This document shows, piece by piece, positions 1-12,110 of a stretch of 64,000 nucleotides of DNA. The stretch covers positions 11,346,001 to 11,410,000 of the forward strand of contig NC_082736.1 in NCBI RefSeq assembly GCF_030144855.1. The letters are read 5' to 3'. This DNA is from Hypanus sabinus. Lineage: Eukaryota. The first letter of the stretch is position 1; every line of letters starts with the position of its first letter. The translations under genes and the position numbers were made by a program. The notes under the pieces were generated by a model. The model saw only the letters and a program-made list of their open reading frames with translations, did no database searches and was not told where the DNA came from.

Positions 1-176
1 TCCATGCGGCAGGACTGCTCCGATGACGTCAACTGCAATGTGTTTCCTGATGAGGACATCTCCGAGTTCACGGAAGGGGTCCGGAAGCGCATCGAGGATG
101 TTGTTCCCCAGAAATCAGTCAGGCTCTTCCCAAATCAGAAACTTTTGATCAACATTTCCGTGCAAGAAGCATTTAC
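1..176 (+). mobile_element. Rex1/Babar-like LINE ORF fragment (5' part, interrupted by CR1)
   Basis: Translation ...DC.DDV..NVF...RKRIEDVVPQKSVRLFPNQK.. resembles the Rex1-type EN-RT linker; the sequence resumes at 2900 after the CR1 insertion. Confidence 0.75.
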
Positions 177-2894
177 AATAGACAAATGACAATAGGTGCA
201 GAAGTAGACCATTCAGCCCCTCGAGTCTGCACCGCCATTCTGAGATCATGGCTGATCATTCACTATCAATACCCAGTCCCTGCCTTGTCCCCAGATCCCT
301 TGATTCCCCTATCCATCAGATATCTATCGAGCTCCTTCTTGAAAGCATCCAGAGAATTGGCCTCCACCGTCTTCTGAGGCAGTACATTCCACACCTCCAC
401 AACTCTCTGGGAGAAGAAGCTCTTCCTCAACTCTGTTTGAAATAACTGACCTCTTATTCGCAATCCATGCCCTGTGGTACTGGACTCTCCCAACATCTGG
501 AACATATTTCCTGCCTCAATCCTATCAAATCCTTTAATTATCTTAAACGTTTCAATCAGATCCCCTCTCAATCTCCTCAATTCCAGCGTGTACAAGCCCA
601 ATCTCTCCAATCTCTCTGCGTAAGGCAGCCCTGCCATCCCAGGAATCAACCTAGTGAATCTACGCTGCACTTCCTCAATTGCCAGAATGTCCTTCCTTAA
701 ACCTGGAGACCAAAACTATACACAATATTCCAGGTGTGGTCTCACCAGGGCCCTATACAAATGGAAAAGGACATCCTTGCTCTTGTTCTCAATTCCCCTT
801 GTAACAAAGGCCAACATTCCATTTGCCCTCTTCACTGCCTGTTGCACTTGCTCATTCACCTTCGTTGACTGGTGAACTAGGACTCCTAGGTCTCTTTGCA
901 TTTCTCCCATACCTAACTCTACACCGTTCAGACAATACTCTGCCCTCTTGTTCCTGCTTCCAAAGTGGATAACTTCACATTTATTCACTTTGAATGACAT
1001 CTGCCAAGTATCTGCCCACTCACCCAACCTATCCAAGTCTCCCTGTATTCTCCTAATGTCCTCTTCGCATGTCACACTGCCACCCAGTTTAGTATCGTCA
1101 GCAAACTTGCTGATATAGTTTTCAATGCCCTCATCTAAATCGTTGACATAAATCGTAAAGAGCTGTGGTCCCAATACAGAGCCCTGTGGTACCCCACTAG
1201 TCACCTCCAGCCAGTCCGAGAAACACCCATTCACTGCTACCCTTTGCTTTCTATCTGCCAACTAGTTTTTTATCCATGTTGAAACCCTGCCCCCAATGCC
1301 ATGAGCTCTGATTTTACTCACCAATCTCCTATGTGGCACCTTATCGAATGCCTTCTGAAAATCTAGGTATACAACATCCACTGGCTTACCCTCTTCTAAC
1401 ATCCTTGTTACACCCTCAAAAAACTCCAACAGATTAGTCAAGCATGATTTGCCCTTGGTAAATCCATGCTGGCTCGGCCTAATCCTATTTCTGCCATCAA
1501 GATGTGCCAATATTTCGTCCTTAATAATGGACTCAAGCATCTTCCCCACGACTGACGTTAGGCTAACAGGGCGATAGTTCTCCGTTTTCTCCTTCCCTCC
1601 CTTCTTGAAAAGTGGGACAACATTAGCCACTCTCCAATCTTCAGGAACTGATCCTGAATAGAAGGAACATTGGAAAATGATTACCAATGCATCCGCAATT
1701 TCCTGAGCCACCTTATTTAGAACCCTCGGATGCAGACCATCTGGACCCAGGGATTTATTAGCCTTCAGTCCTACCAGTCTACTCATCACAGTTTCTTTCC
1801 TAATGTCAATCTGTCTCAGTTCCTCTGATATCTTATGACCCTGGCCCATCCATACATCTGGGAGATTGCTTGTGTCCTCCCTGGTGAAGACAGATCTAAA
1901 GTACGCATTAAATTCTGTTGCCATTTCCCTGTTTCCCATAACAATTTCTCCCAATTCATTCTTCAAGGGGCCAACATTGTTCTTAACTATCTTCTTTCTC
2001 TTCACATAGCTAAAAAAGTTTTTGCTATCCCCTTTTATATTCCTGGCTATACTGAGCTCATACCTGTTTTTTTTTCTCTCCGTATTGCTTTTTTAGTTAA
2101 GATCTGCTGTTCCTTAAAACTTTCCCAATCATCTGTATTCCCACTCATCTTAGCTCTGTCATACTTCTTTTTCTTTAATGCTATACAATCTCTGACTTCC
2201 TTTGTCAACAACTCTGGTCCCTTCCCTCTCTTTGAATCCTTCCTTCTCATTGGAATGAACTGCTTTTGCATCTTTTGTATTATCCCCAAGAATATCTGCC
2301 ACTGCTGATCCATTGTCTTTCCTACCAGGGCATCCGCCCATTTAACATTGGCCAGCTCTTCCCTCATGGCTCCGTAGTCTCCTTTATTTAATTGCAACAC
2401 TGACACCTCTGATCTGCCCTTATCCCTCTCAAATTGTAGATAAAAACTTATCATGTTATGATCACTACTTCCTAATGGCTCATTTACTTCAAGATCACTG
2501 ATCAATTCCTATTCATTACACATCAGCAAGTCCAAAATAGCTTCGTTCCTGGTTGGCTCAAGCACAAGCTGTTCCAAAAATACATCCCTTAGGCACTCCA
2601 CAAACTCCCTATCCTGGGGTCCAGCACCTACCTGATTCTCCCAGTCCACCTGCATGTTGAAATCTCCCATAACGACTGAATTACCTTTAGCACATGCCAA
2701 TGTTAACTCCCTAATCAACTTGTACCCAATATCCACGCTACTGTTTGGGGGCCTGTACACAACACCCATTAGGGTCTTTTTACCCTTACTGTTCCTCAGC
2801 TCAATCCACATAGACTCTAATTCCCCTGTTCCCAAGTCACCTCTTGCTAAGGACTGAATATCATTCCTCACCAACAGGGCCACCCCACCCTCTC
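177..2894 (-). mobile_element. CR1 LINE, 5'-truncated within the APE endonuclease; ORF2 nearly continuous
   Basis: ORF pieces 2509-2883 (VVYRPP, MGDFN, LDL endonuclease motifs), 2047-2505, 1262-2005 (NYRPVSLTS, DFQKAFDKV), 716-1261 (GVPQGSVLGP, FADD) and 266-670 are joined by single stops or frameshifts; 3' tail near 177-200; TTTAC duplicated at 172-176 and 2895-2899. Confidence 0.95.
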
Positions 2895-3410
2895 TTTACC
2901 GCGTCAGATAGAGCTTACATTGCCGGTAATCAACAAGAGCTCAGGAAAAGCAGCTTTGATCTGAGCAAAGACATCAACGCAGCGAAATAACGACACGGAG
3001 ACCCGATTCAGATTCAACTTTCCACCATGTGTGATGCCTGTGTGAGAAAACTACAGCTCTTGTTGAATACTACAGTTGAACCTTCCGTGCCATAATTCCC
3101 TCTAGGCTCGACAAGAAGCTCAGAGACCTCAGCCACGGATGTATTTGAACTTGTGTAGCTGGATCCTGGACTTCCTGTCAGGTGGCCGCTAGGTTGTAAG
3201 AGTGGGCTCCCTCACCTCTGTCCCTCTGACTCTCAACATAGATGCCCCTCAGGGCTGTGTACTAAGCTGCCTCCTTTACTTTCTATATACTCATGGGTGT
3301 ATCGCCACCCACAGACCAGCGTGCTAATTAAATTTGCTGCCAACTACACCGATTGGCCTAATCTCAAATAATAATGAGACAGCCACGAATTATAAGAAGG
3401 GATGGAAAGA
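2895..3410 (+). mobile_element. Rex1/Babar-like LINE continuation (internally deleted, RT remnant)
   Basis: DRAYIAGNQQELRKSSFDL.., then PQGCVLS, LIKFA and IGLISNNNETA RT motifs. Confidence 0.8.
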
Positions 3411-6400
3411 GTGTTCTTTGGAAAGTTATAATGTTGAAATTGGGAGCGTGAATATAGGATTCGCTGATGGAGGGCGAACTTCAACTCAGCCATCCATAAA
3501 TCTGATAATGAAGGAGAACCTTGCAGTCCCATGAACTGATACGCATCGATATTTGTGAGGCTCTGGTCTTACTGAGTTGCAACAGTTCTGTCTATTGACT
3601 GGACACGATTTGTGGAGAAGGCAAAGGAGGCAATCCATCAATAGGCTAAGCATACGAATGTTATTAAGGCATGCTGATAAAGCAAATGAAATGTTGAGGG
3701 TCTCAGACTAGTGGATTGACTTTTGTAGATGCGGATCAAATGTTCATTACATGAGTGGGTGAGGATACTATCGTATGCTGCGGTAATATCAATTTTATAT
3801 ACGATGTGTCTCACCTTAGTCAGCTGAAGGCTGCAGTTGTGCAAAAGGAACAGGCTGTCGGTCGTTTGGCTTGATCAGCGCTTTAAAGAAAACATTATGA
3901 TAATTCAGGTAATCCTTCGAGATCATTTCCAAAAAAAAAAAAAACGTTTCTTTGATAGAATACAATATCCAGGATTTTGACAATTGTTGACCGCATCTGT
4001 TCCACGTAATTCAGGGCGGTTGCACATTTGAGAACAAAGAGCCATAAGTTGCCGATTGTCACTTCTTGGGAAGAAGACAGTTAATAAATGTTGGTCTGGG
4101 ACAGAGCCGATGAAAAGGTGTTAACATTTAGACACATGACCGACAGCCAATGAAATTCGAAAGGATTATGCGAATTGGACATATCAGCAGAACCTTTTAT
4201 AATACTGGAGGCGGTAACAATGGAAACGATCAATTATCGCGGATGGGACGTGCACCACGGACACGTAGAGATTCGAATCAGGACTAAAAGAAACATCCAG
4301 TCAGCAGCAGAAGCTGCTCTTTAACTGGTATCACTTTTCTGTGCTTTGAATGTTCATGAATGAACAGAAAAACTTCGTTGATGTGCACACAGTTACTGGT
4401 TGTGTAAGTTCATGTGTTATACTGTTCAGGCAATAAAGGTACTTGTCGGTAAATACAGATTCTCCTCGTATTCCACTGACAAGGGATTACAAGGGATTAT
4501 TTTTGTAATATCACTTTGGAAAACTGAGCTACAAATGGGCTTGTTGTATGAGGCGGACATTGAGGTCAGAGATTTGTTCAGTGATTTCACAGTTTACACC
4601 ATTTGGATTCATCATCAACAGGAACAGGGACGAGTGGAGATGAAATGTTCAACGGTTAATCTGAAAACCAAATCGTCATTGCAATCATAGCATCATCGAG
4701 AAAATTAAGCCCATCATTGACGCATCATCAAATGTGCATTTACCTTATCACAGGGTTAGAGGATCTGCAGGATTTACCATGTGTAATGCTCGCCCAATGC
4801 GCCAGCTCTACTACAAGGACAATGTCAGTATGTACACGGAATCTTCAGCAACGGACGGTCCCCGTGCCAGTGTCATTCCGTACTGAGATGGAAGTATATC
4901 ATTCGTTCTCCATTGTTCTTCGTTCGAAGTCTTTCCATCCATCGAGGTAAAAAGAAGCTAACCACTACATTCCCATGGATCAGTTTGAGATCGGTGATAA
5001 ATGCCACCGAGGTAGCAAAGCGCATAAGCGTAATAAATCAGCAAATAAAACCAAAGGGTCACAAGGAGACTCTTCGGGAGGCCCGAAACGTCGACCGTTC
5101 TTTTTTTCCATAGATGCTGCCCGGCCTGTTGAGTTTCTCCAGCATTTTGGGTGTGTTGCATCGCTATATAGAGTAGCGTTCTAGGTCGAAGTCTGAATCC
5201 TGCGAAGAACTATGAACTTTACCATCAAGGCATGTCAGATCTTTCGGTGAAATTTCCAGTTGACTTTCGATACGCATGCATTTCATATTACACGTCAGCA
5301 AATCAGAACTCTTGTTTTATATCTGTTTTAATGTCGCTTCAATATCGTCAATAGCGTGTAAACCGTCCGGCATTCTCCGCTGACATATGTTTACAAGTTT
5401 CAATTTTAAAGCTGTGGTTCTAGTTCCCGAACTCTTTATGCTCAAAGGAAATGTCTCCGTGACCATTATGACTGCTCTCTTCACCATTTTCAGCTCCAAT
5501 GGCGGGTCAAATGCCGATGACACGAGCAATCACCAGCTCGCTTGTACGTTGTAGACTTCGAATACCCCTCAGTAAACTGCTGAAGGGTTTTAGATTCAAC
5601 TGTTCTCCCGGCGGGACTCTGTCTTGCAGAGTGCAGATTCCGGACGAACAGTATCCTGGCACAAAGATTCCAAGGCAGTCATTTTAACATAAAATCCGGG
5701 GGATGGGACGATTCTCTGAGGTCCAGCGGAGTTATCAAGTCAAACGGATCAGTTTTGGCGCGGACGAAATTGTTTCCATGTCTTTCCGGTTGATTTAACA
5801 GCGATTGTGATCCTGTCTCGGGGAACGCGTGGTCTGAAATGGATCAGTGTTACCTGGTGAAAAAAGGTAAAAACTGATCTCATGGGATTTGTCTTCTTTG
5901 CTATTGTGTAGCAGACTAATTACATCTACAATTATTCAAACTCTTGCTCATTATCCGATTTGTCTTCTGAAATGTGGCCCAATGATTGCAATTATTGATT
6001 TTTCCGTTCAGCAAACAGCGGATTTCAATTTCGACCTCCATATCGCATTTTTTTGTCAAAGGCTGCGGGATCGATACTACACCACGAGAACAGACACTGT
6101 GGTTATAGTGACCGGGACTGCCGTGAGCTCCGCGATGAACGGTCCGTTTTACTTTGCCCTGGAACCTGTCGTCAAACTTGACAACGTACAGCGGGGCTGT
6201 TTTCCCAGGGACGATGAATTCCTTTATCAGCGTGTAAAGAACACGAGTGACCAGACAGTATCTTCACTGTCTCCGCCTCTGTATTTCTGCTGTTCAATAG
6301 GTTTGCAGTCAGATAGAACTTCGCGGCAAAGAAAGTCGAAATGGGGACGTCGAAGCAAAAGTGGAAATCAGAAGGACGAAGAGGTGGTGAGCCCGAATTT

Positions 6401-6689
6401 TGTTGTTCGCTGTATCAGTTAATTCCCCTGTTACTCGGGATGACCTGTTGAGTATATTCTATGATCTGGCTTGTGGTCAATTGTTCTACGCAGACATATA
6501 TTTGAATGTCCTGACATATATCCTGCAGCTGTTCGCGTATATGTTGTCAGTAATGTGTATATGAAGCAACACGTGCATCAATGGACGAACGCAGAGAATG
6601 CTGTGAAAAGAGCTGAAGAATGGATTAACTGTGTGTTTGCATTAAGTCGCCTGAAGTGTAGATCCAATCTCCCTAACTGCCAATCGGCT

Positions 6690-7027
6690 TCCACTGGTAC
6701 TCTTCCCCCAACACTTTCTTCAATGGCCTTCTGTGCTATTCAATCAAATTCCTCCTTTTTCAGCATCTTTTTACCAATAGTCTTTCCAGTTATTTACTTC
6801 AAACAACCCCTACCCTCCAGGTTTCACCTCTCACCGTGTACATCTTCCTCCATTTCCCCATTTAAGCCTTACTTCTAATCTATGTTTTACTGTCCTGGTG
6901 AAGGTTATCGGCCGAAATGTCGACCGCTTCCTCGTTTCCATGGATGCTGCCTGGTCTGCTGAGTTCCTCCAGCATTGTGTGTATTATTTTTATTTCCAGT
7001 ATCTGGAGACTCTCTTTTGTTTGTGAT
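6690..7027 (+). repeat. 3' tail of Penelope-like element
   Basis: Ends in the recurring ...gatgctgcctggtctgctgagttcctccagcatt...tttgtga tail; short copies also lie at ~5067-5160, ~18420-18535, ~27260-27510, ~36080-36265 and ~50590-50665. Confidence 0.65.
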
Positions 7028-7884
7028 TTGGTCCTGACCACGGTGAGTCCCCTGTCTCCTACCACCTCTTTACTCCTGTCAACCACGTACACTGGGGTAG
7101 TTTCCCGCAGCCAATGGACGCAGCATCCAGCGCGACTTCGGTATGCCGAAGAAAACCGTTTGGATCAAGTTTGATTCTCACCATTCAACAGTTGACCTCG
7201 CTGCCTGCTGTCCGCCATCTTCAATATCACGGCGCAGCAGTATTTTTCTGAGAGATTCTCAGACGGTCAGCCCGAGTCCACTGCCTCATACCCTACCCGA
7301 TACTGGGAGTTTCATTGTCAAACGAGACAATGAAACCCCGGAAATATTCAGCAGTGAGATAGAAAGCGCGGAACGAAAGGTAAAACAAAACCACAAGTTG
7401 ATACTGTGCCTTTAGAGCTTGCCAGTACTGATGTTATTGAATGAGGTTGTGAAACGAAATGATCCATGTCCGACCATAGCAGTGTTCCGGCAGGCAGGAT
7501 TCACGGAACGATAACGGTAGGAACTGTTACGGGAGGAATTATGCGAAAGCACAGTGCACCAACGATCAGGGTAAAGGAGCATCACCACAGCTCAGTTTGT
7601 TGTGGAATCGAACAGGCAGAGTCGGGCTTTAAACATAGACGCATTAGAAAGCAGTGAGACGAAATCCGGTGCAGATCGCTCCGGCCACAAACGGTGGTGG
7701 TGGTGTTGAGGATGGGAGAGCAGGTGCTAGATCGGAGCCGATTGCGTTGTGTTGAAAATCGAGGAAAATGCTGCATGGAAATGAGAATAAAAACCAAAAC
7801 TGACGAAGTTGGAAGCACACAGAAGAAAAAGAGACTGTCAGTGTCCCGATTGGCAATTCTCCATCTTGATATTACCTTCTTAAT

Positions 7885-10440
7885 TGTGCTTTAATCCCGT
7901 CGTCTGATTTCCAATCATTCCCAGTTCCGCCAATTACAGCACACCGGGTTCCCTTTAGCGAACATAGGATAAAACTCGAGTGTCACAGCTCTGGTTTGCC
8001 GGTTCGTTGGTTGATTCTGGTGTGAGTAAACCTCGTTTCCTGATTCCTCTGGACTGTCGGTTCTAAGCTCCGCATCAGTTCCTGGATATATCGTCGTAAA
8101 CCTTGTCTCCGTGTTAAGACTCTCCCGGATACCGGTTCCTCGTTAGCGACGGTGCTAACTCCTCACGTCTCTGCCTTCGCGCCTGTGTCCTGCACTTGGG
8201 GTCGCCCTCAGCCTCGTCCTTGCAACAGATAGAACTGGCCAAGAGTGAACCCAGCGGACACGGACGTCGTGCAACAGGTCCACGCCAGCCAGGGCTACCT
8301 ACTGGGAACCCACGACCAACTGCTCAGAGAGGTCACGGAAATACTTCGTGTGTTGTCCACGAAAGTGAGGAAGGTCAGTGAGCAGGTTGACCGGGCATCC
8401 ACTTCCCTTACTCCGTCCCTTCCAACAACCCCGACTGACCAAACCGCACAGCCTGGGATGTTCACGTCTCTTTGGTCGGCAACACAGTCCCCTGGAGAAC
8501 TGTACATACCCGGGCCGGAATCCTACGCTGGGAACCTAGGGAAATGGCAGGCCTTATATTACAAAGCTCTTTGGTCTTTGAGCAACCCCCACGTCCGTAC
8601 ACCTCGGACAGATCAAAGATGGTGTACATCGAGAGGAGGTCTGATTCTGATTCAGCTTGGTGCTGCGCAAGCACCGCCGGACAGCTGTTATAATGCTCAG
8701 TCGGTGTGAACGGCCTGAGAGTTACATTGCAAAGTGAGCTTTGTTGACTCGATCCCCTAAATTGATATCATTGAGTCTATCTTTAAAAATAGTCATGTCA
8801 GAAATACTGCGCAGCTCTGGCGACGGAAGATTCCACTCTCTTCTTGATTTGGGTAGATTTAATCTCACCCATTCACCTCAAGCCACTATAGTTCTAGGAT
8901 GTCCCTGGCTGAACCACCATAACTCCTACATCGACTGGTCCAGCGGGAGCCCGTTTAGCCACGCTACCTGTCTACGGTCGGCTCTACCCATTATGGAGGT
9001 TCCCATCACCTCTCCTGTCTTGGAAGCCCTCGCCTTGTCCAGAATCCCCGCAGAATACCATGACCTGGGACAGGTATTCAGCAAACAACGGGTTCTTTCC
9101 ATGACCCGCACCTCGCGTATGATTGCGCTATCGACCTTCTCCCCGGAGCCTCGTTGCCCACCAGTCGTCTTTATTACTTATCCCGCCCGGAGAGAGAAGC
9201 CATGGAGAAATATATTAGTGAGTCCTTCGCGGCGGGCATCATTCGACATTCATCCTCCACGGTAGGCGACGGTTTCTTCCTTGTAATGAAGAAGGATGGG
9301 TCGCTTTGTCCTCGTATTGATGACCGACTAAACAATATAACAGTTAAAAAGAAGTACCCACTACCCCTCATTAACTCTGCATTTGAACCATTTCACAGAG
9401 CCACCATCTTCTCGGAGTTAGAGATTCGAAGCGCCTGCCATCTAGTCAGGATGAGGGACGGAGTCGAGTGGAAGACGGTTTTTAATACACATTTGGGCCA
9501 CTCTGAATACTTGTTAATGCCGTTTCACCTCACCAATGCCCCCACCGTTTTTCAAGCCCTAATGAATCATACACAGAGGGACTTTATTAATCCTTTCGGG
9601 TTCGGCTACCTAGATGATATCTGAATATTGTCTAGCAGCCCCTAGAACTACACTCACCATGACCGTCCAGCCCTCCAGAGACTGTGGGAGAACAAGTTAT
9701 TTGTGAAGGCTGAGAAATGTGAGTTCCACGTCCATTCGGTCAGCTTCCTGGGCTACATCATTGAGAGTGGGCAGCTGAGGGCAGACCTCGAGAAGATCCG
9801 AGCGGTGGAAGAATGGCCCAGGCCCACAACCCCCAAGCACATTCAGCGTTTTTTGGGGGGTTTGCAAACATTTATCGCCGACTTATCAGGGATTACACTC
9901 GGGTGGCGGCGCCCCTTACCCGACTTTCCTCGCCTACAACACCTTTTTGTTGGGATTCCGAGGCTGATTCGTCATTCACTCACCTGAGGAGGCGGTTCAC
10001 AACCGCTCCCATGCTGGTCCCTCCCGTCAGTTCATTGATGAGGTCGACGCCTCCGTCTCCGGGGTAGGGTCAGACCTGTCTCAACGATCAAGTCCTGACG
10101 AGAAGCTGTACCCTTGTGCCTTCTTTTCTCGCCGACAGTCCCCCGCCGAGCGGAATTCCGACGTGGGCAATCGGGAACTACTGGCAATCAAGCTAACATT
10201 GGAGGCACTGGCTGCAGGGGGGTGGGGAGGAGCACCCATGCATTGTTTGGACTGATCATAAATTCCTGAGGACTCTCATTTCTAAGCTCCGCATCATTTC
10301 CTGGATAAATCCTGGTGAAAGTTGTCTCCGTGTAAAGACTCTCCTGGAAACCGGTTCCCCTTTCGCGACTGTGTTAACGCCTCATGACTCTACCTCCGCG
10401 CCTGTGTCCTGCACTTGGGTACGATCTCAGCCTCGTCCTG
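7885..10440 (+). mobile_element. Gypsy/Ty3 (Sushi-like) LTR retrotransposon, degenerate, integrase deleted
   Basis: 5' LTR ends ...tgcaaca at 8227; gag remnant from 8245 (MNPAD..QG.LLG.HDQLL; PESYAG); RT 9154-9624 ([26 protein letters not shown]); RNase H remnant ~10020-10260; partial 3' LTR 10262-10439 matches 8043-8220; LTR start approximate. Confidence 0.9.
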
Positions 10441-11223
10441 GAAAAGGGAGCATTAGTCTGTTGGTCAGGGTGGATGTAAAATATGAAAGAAAGCGCAGAA
10501 CTCGACGGATCAGGGACAGTGGAAGCAGACATATCAATTGTCTTTGTTCCAGCCATGTGATTGGAGATGGAGGCTGACATTTTGTGAAACTGTTTTACAT
10601 TCTCCGTTTTGTGAGATGGAGTTGCTGTGTTTTCTGTATTTTAAAGTAGACACAATGATGTTTCAGGAAATTTAGTGGACGGGAGATCTGTGAGGTGTCG
10701 TTTGATATATCAGAAGATGCGGGTTTGTGGAGATCAGTGGCTGCCTGGAGTGATTCGAGCTGGTTACTGAAGAGAACGAACAACCATAAATTGTAGACTA
10801 TCAGTTGCTGGGAGGAGGGTAATAAATGGATGCTGGCCTGGAGCAGAGCTAATAAAATGGTATAAACGGTTAAGCAAATGACCTACAGCAAGCCAATGAC
10901 ACTGGAATGCAATGTTTAGTTGGTAAGGAACAGGGATACATGTGGACACTTCGATTGTGCTCTCAGTGACAACTCCGGAGAATCCCCATCGCGAAGAAGA
11001 ACCCACACGCCAGGGGCTGGAGAGGAAATGATCAACTGTTTGGCCCACGAAGATCCCCCTACTCCGGTGCCATAAACTGGACAAGTTGTCTGAGTGAGTA
11101 TTGGCACAGAGGGAACAGTAGAATTCACTTTCCAAGTGTTTGCCCGGAGTCAGCATCGTTAGGCTGTTGTTTGTGCAGAGACAATAAAGCGTGACCTTCG
11201 ACTAATTATGAGTTCCGTAAACG

Positions 11224-11497
11224 AACATAGAAATATTGAAACATAGAAAACCTACACCACAATACCGGCCCTTCAGCCCACAATGCTGTGCCGAACATGT
11301 ACTTACTTTAGAAATTACCTGGGGATAACCATAGCCTTCTATATTTCTAAGCCTCATGTACCTACTCTCTTAAAAAACCCTATTGTATCCACGTCCACCA
11401 GAGTCGCCGGCAGCCCTTTCCATGCACTCACTACTCGTTGCGCACAAAAATACCTACTCCTGACATCTCCTCTGTACCTACTTCCAAACAGCTTAAA
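11224..11497 (-). repeat. CR1-family 3' end fragment
   Basis: aacatagaa tail followed by ggcccttcagcccacaatg.., typical of a CR1 3' UTR in reverse orientation. Confidence 0.65.
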
Positions 11498-12110
11498 CGG
11501 TCAACACTCTAACACTCACAGCAAACTACCCGTGAATTAGTGTGAGTCGACTACATGGCCCGTCGAATTCCGAGCAGATGATGTTCTGTAACAAGTTATT
11601 TCAAGATTGAAGATTGAATTAGCAGGGGAAAAGTAATTAACTGAATAAAAGACCAACAGTCGACGCAAAAGAGAAAAAAATACAAATCATGTAAACAATT
11701 GAAGCGAACAACAATTTGGATTCGGCCGAAAGTCTCCCTTATCAGTTCATCATATTAGCGGGCACGGTGCACAGAAGCCGGAGGCAGTCTTCTCAGGCTC
11801 AGCGCCATAGAGATGACTATCGCGGAGATAAAGAGAAACCGGCTCTCGTCGCGACCAACAAGAAGTCTTTTCAATCTGTCTGGGCCGGCGTTTAAATTGA
11901 TTCAATGACAGAACTGCACCATGGAGAGAGGAGTAAAGATCGCGGAGAGCGAGGGAAGTCAGCTCACGCCCCCGATCTGGCCGTCGTTTATATAGTCTAA
12001 ACGGTGTATGATACCTCACATTAAGACCCGGGCACCGGGCCTAGACCAAGTTGGCTAGCACTTTGTTCTGGGCCCAGATTCCGTCACCAAACGCGAAGCC
12101 GTTTTCATGC

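Noticed and set aside
5889-6422. 177-aa ORF as a functional gene
   Set aside because: TTG start and no recognisable domain; kept only as part of the unassigned region
8245-8709. Domesticated Sushi-derived (PEG10/RTL-like) gene
   Set aside because: Frameshifted, internally deleted and flanked by LTRs, so an ordinary decayed retrotransposon
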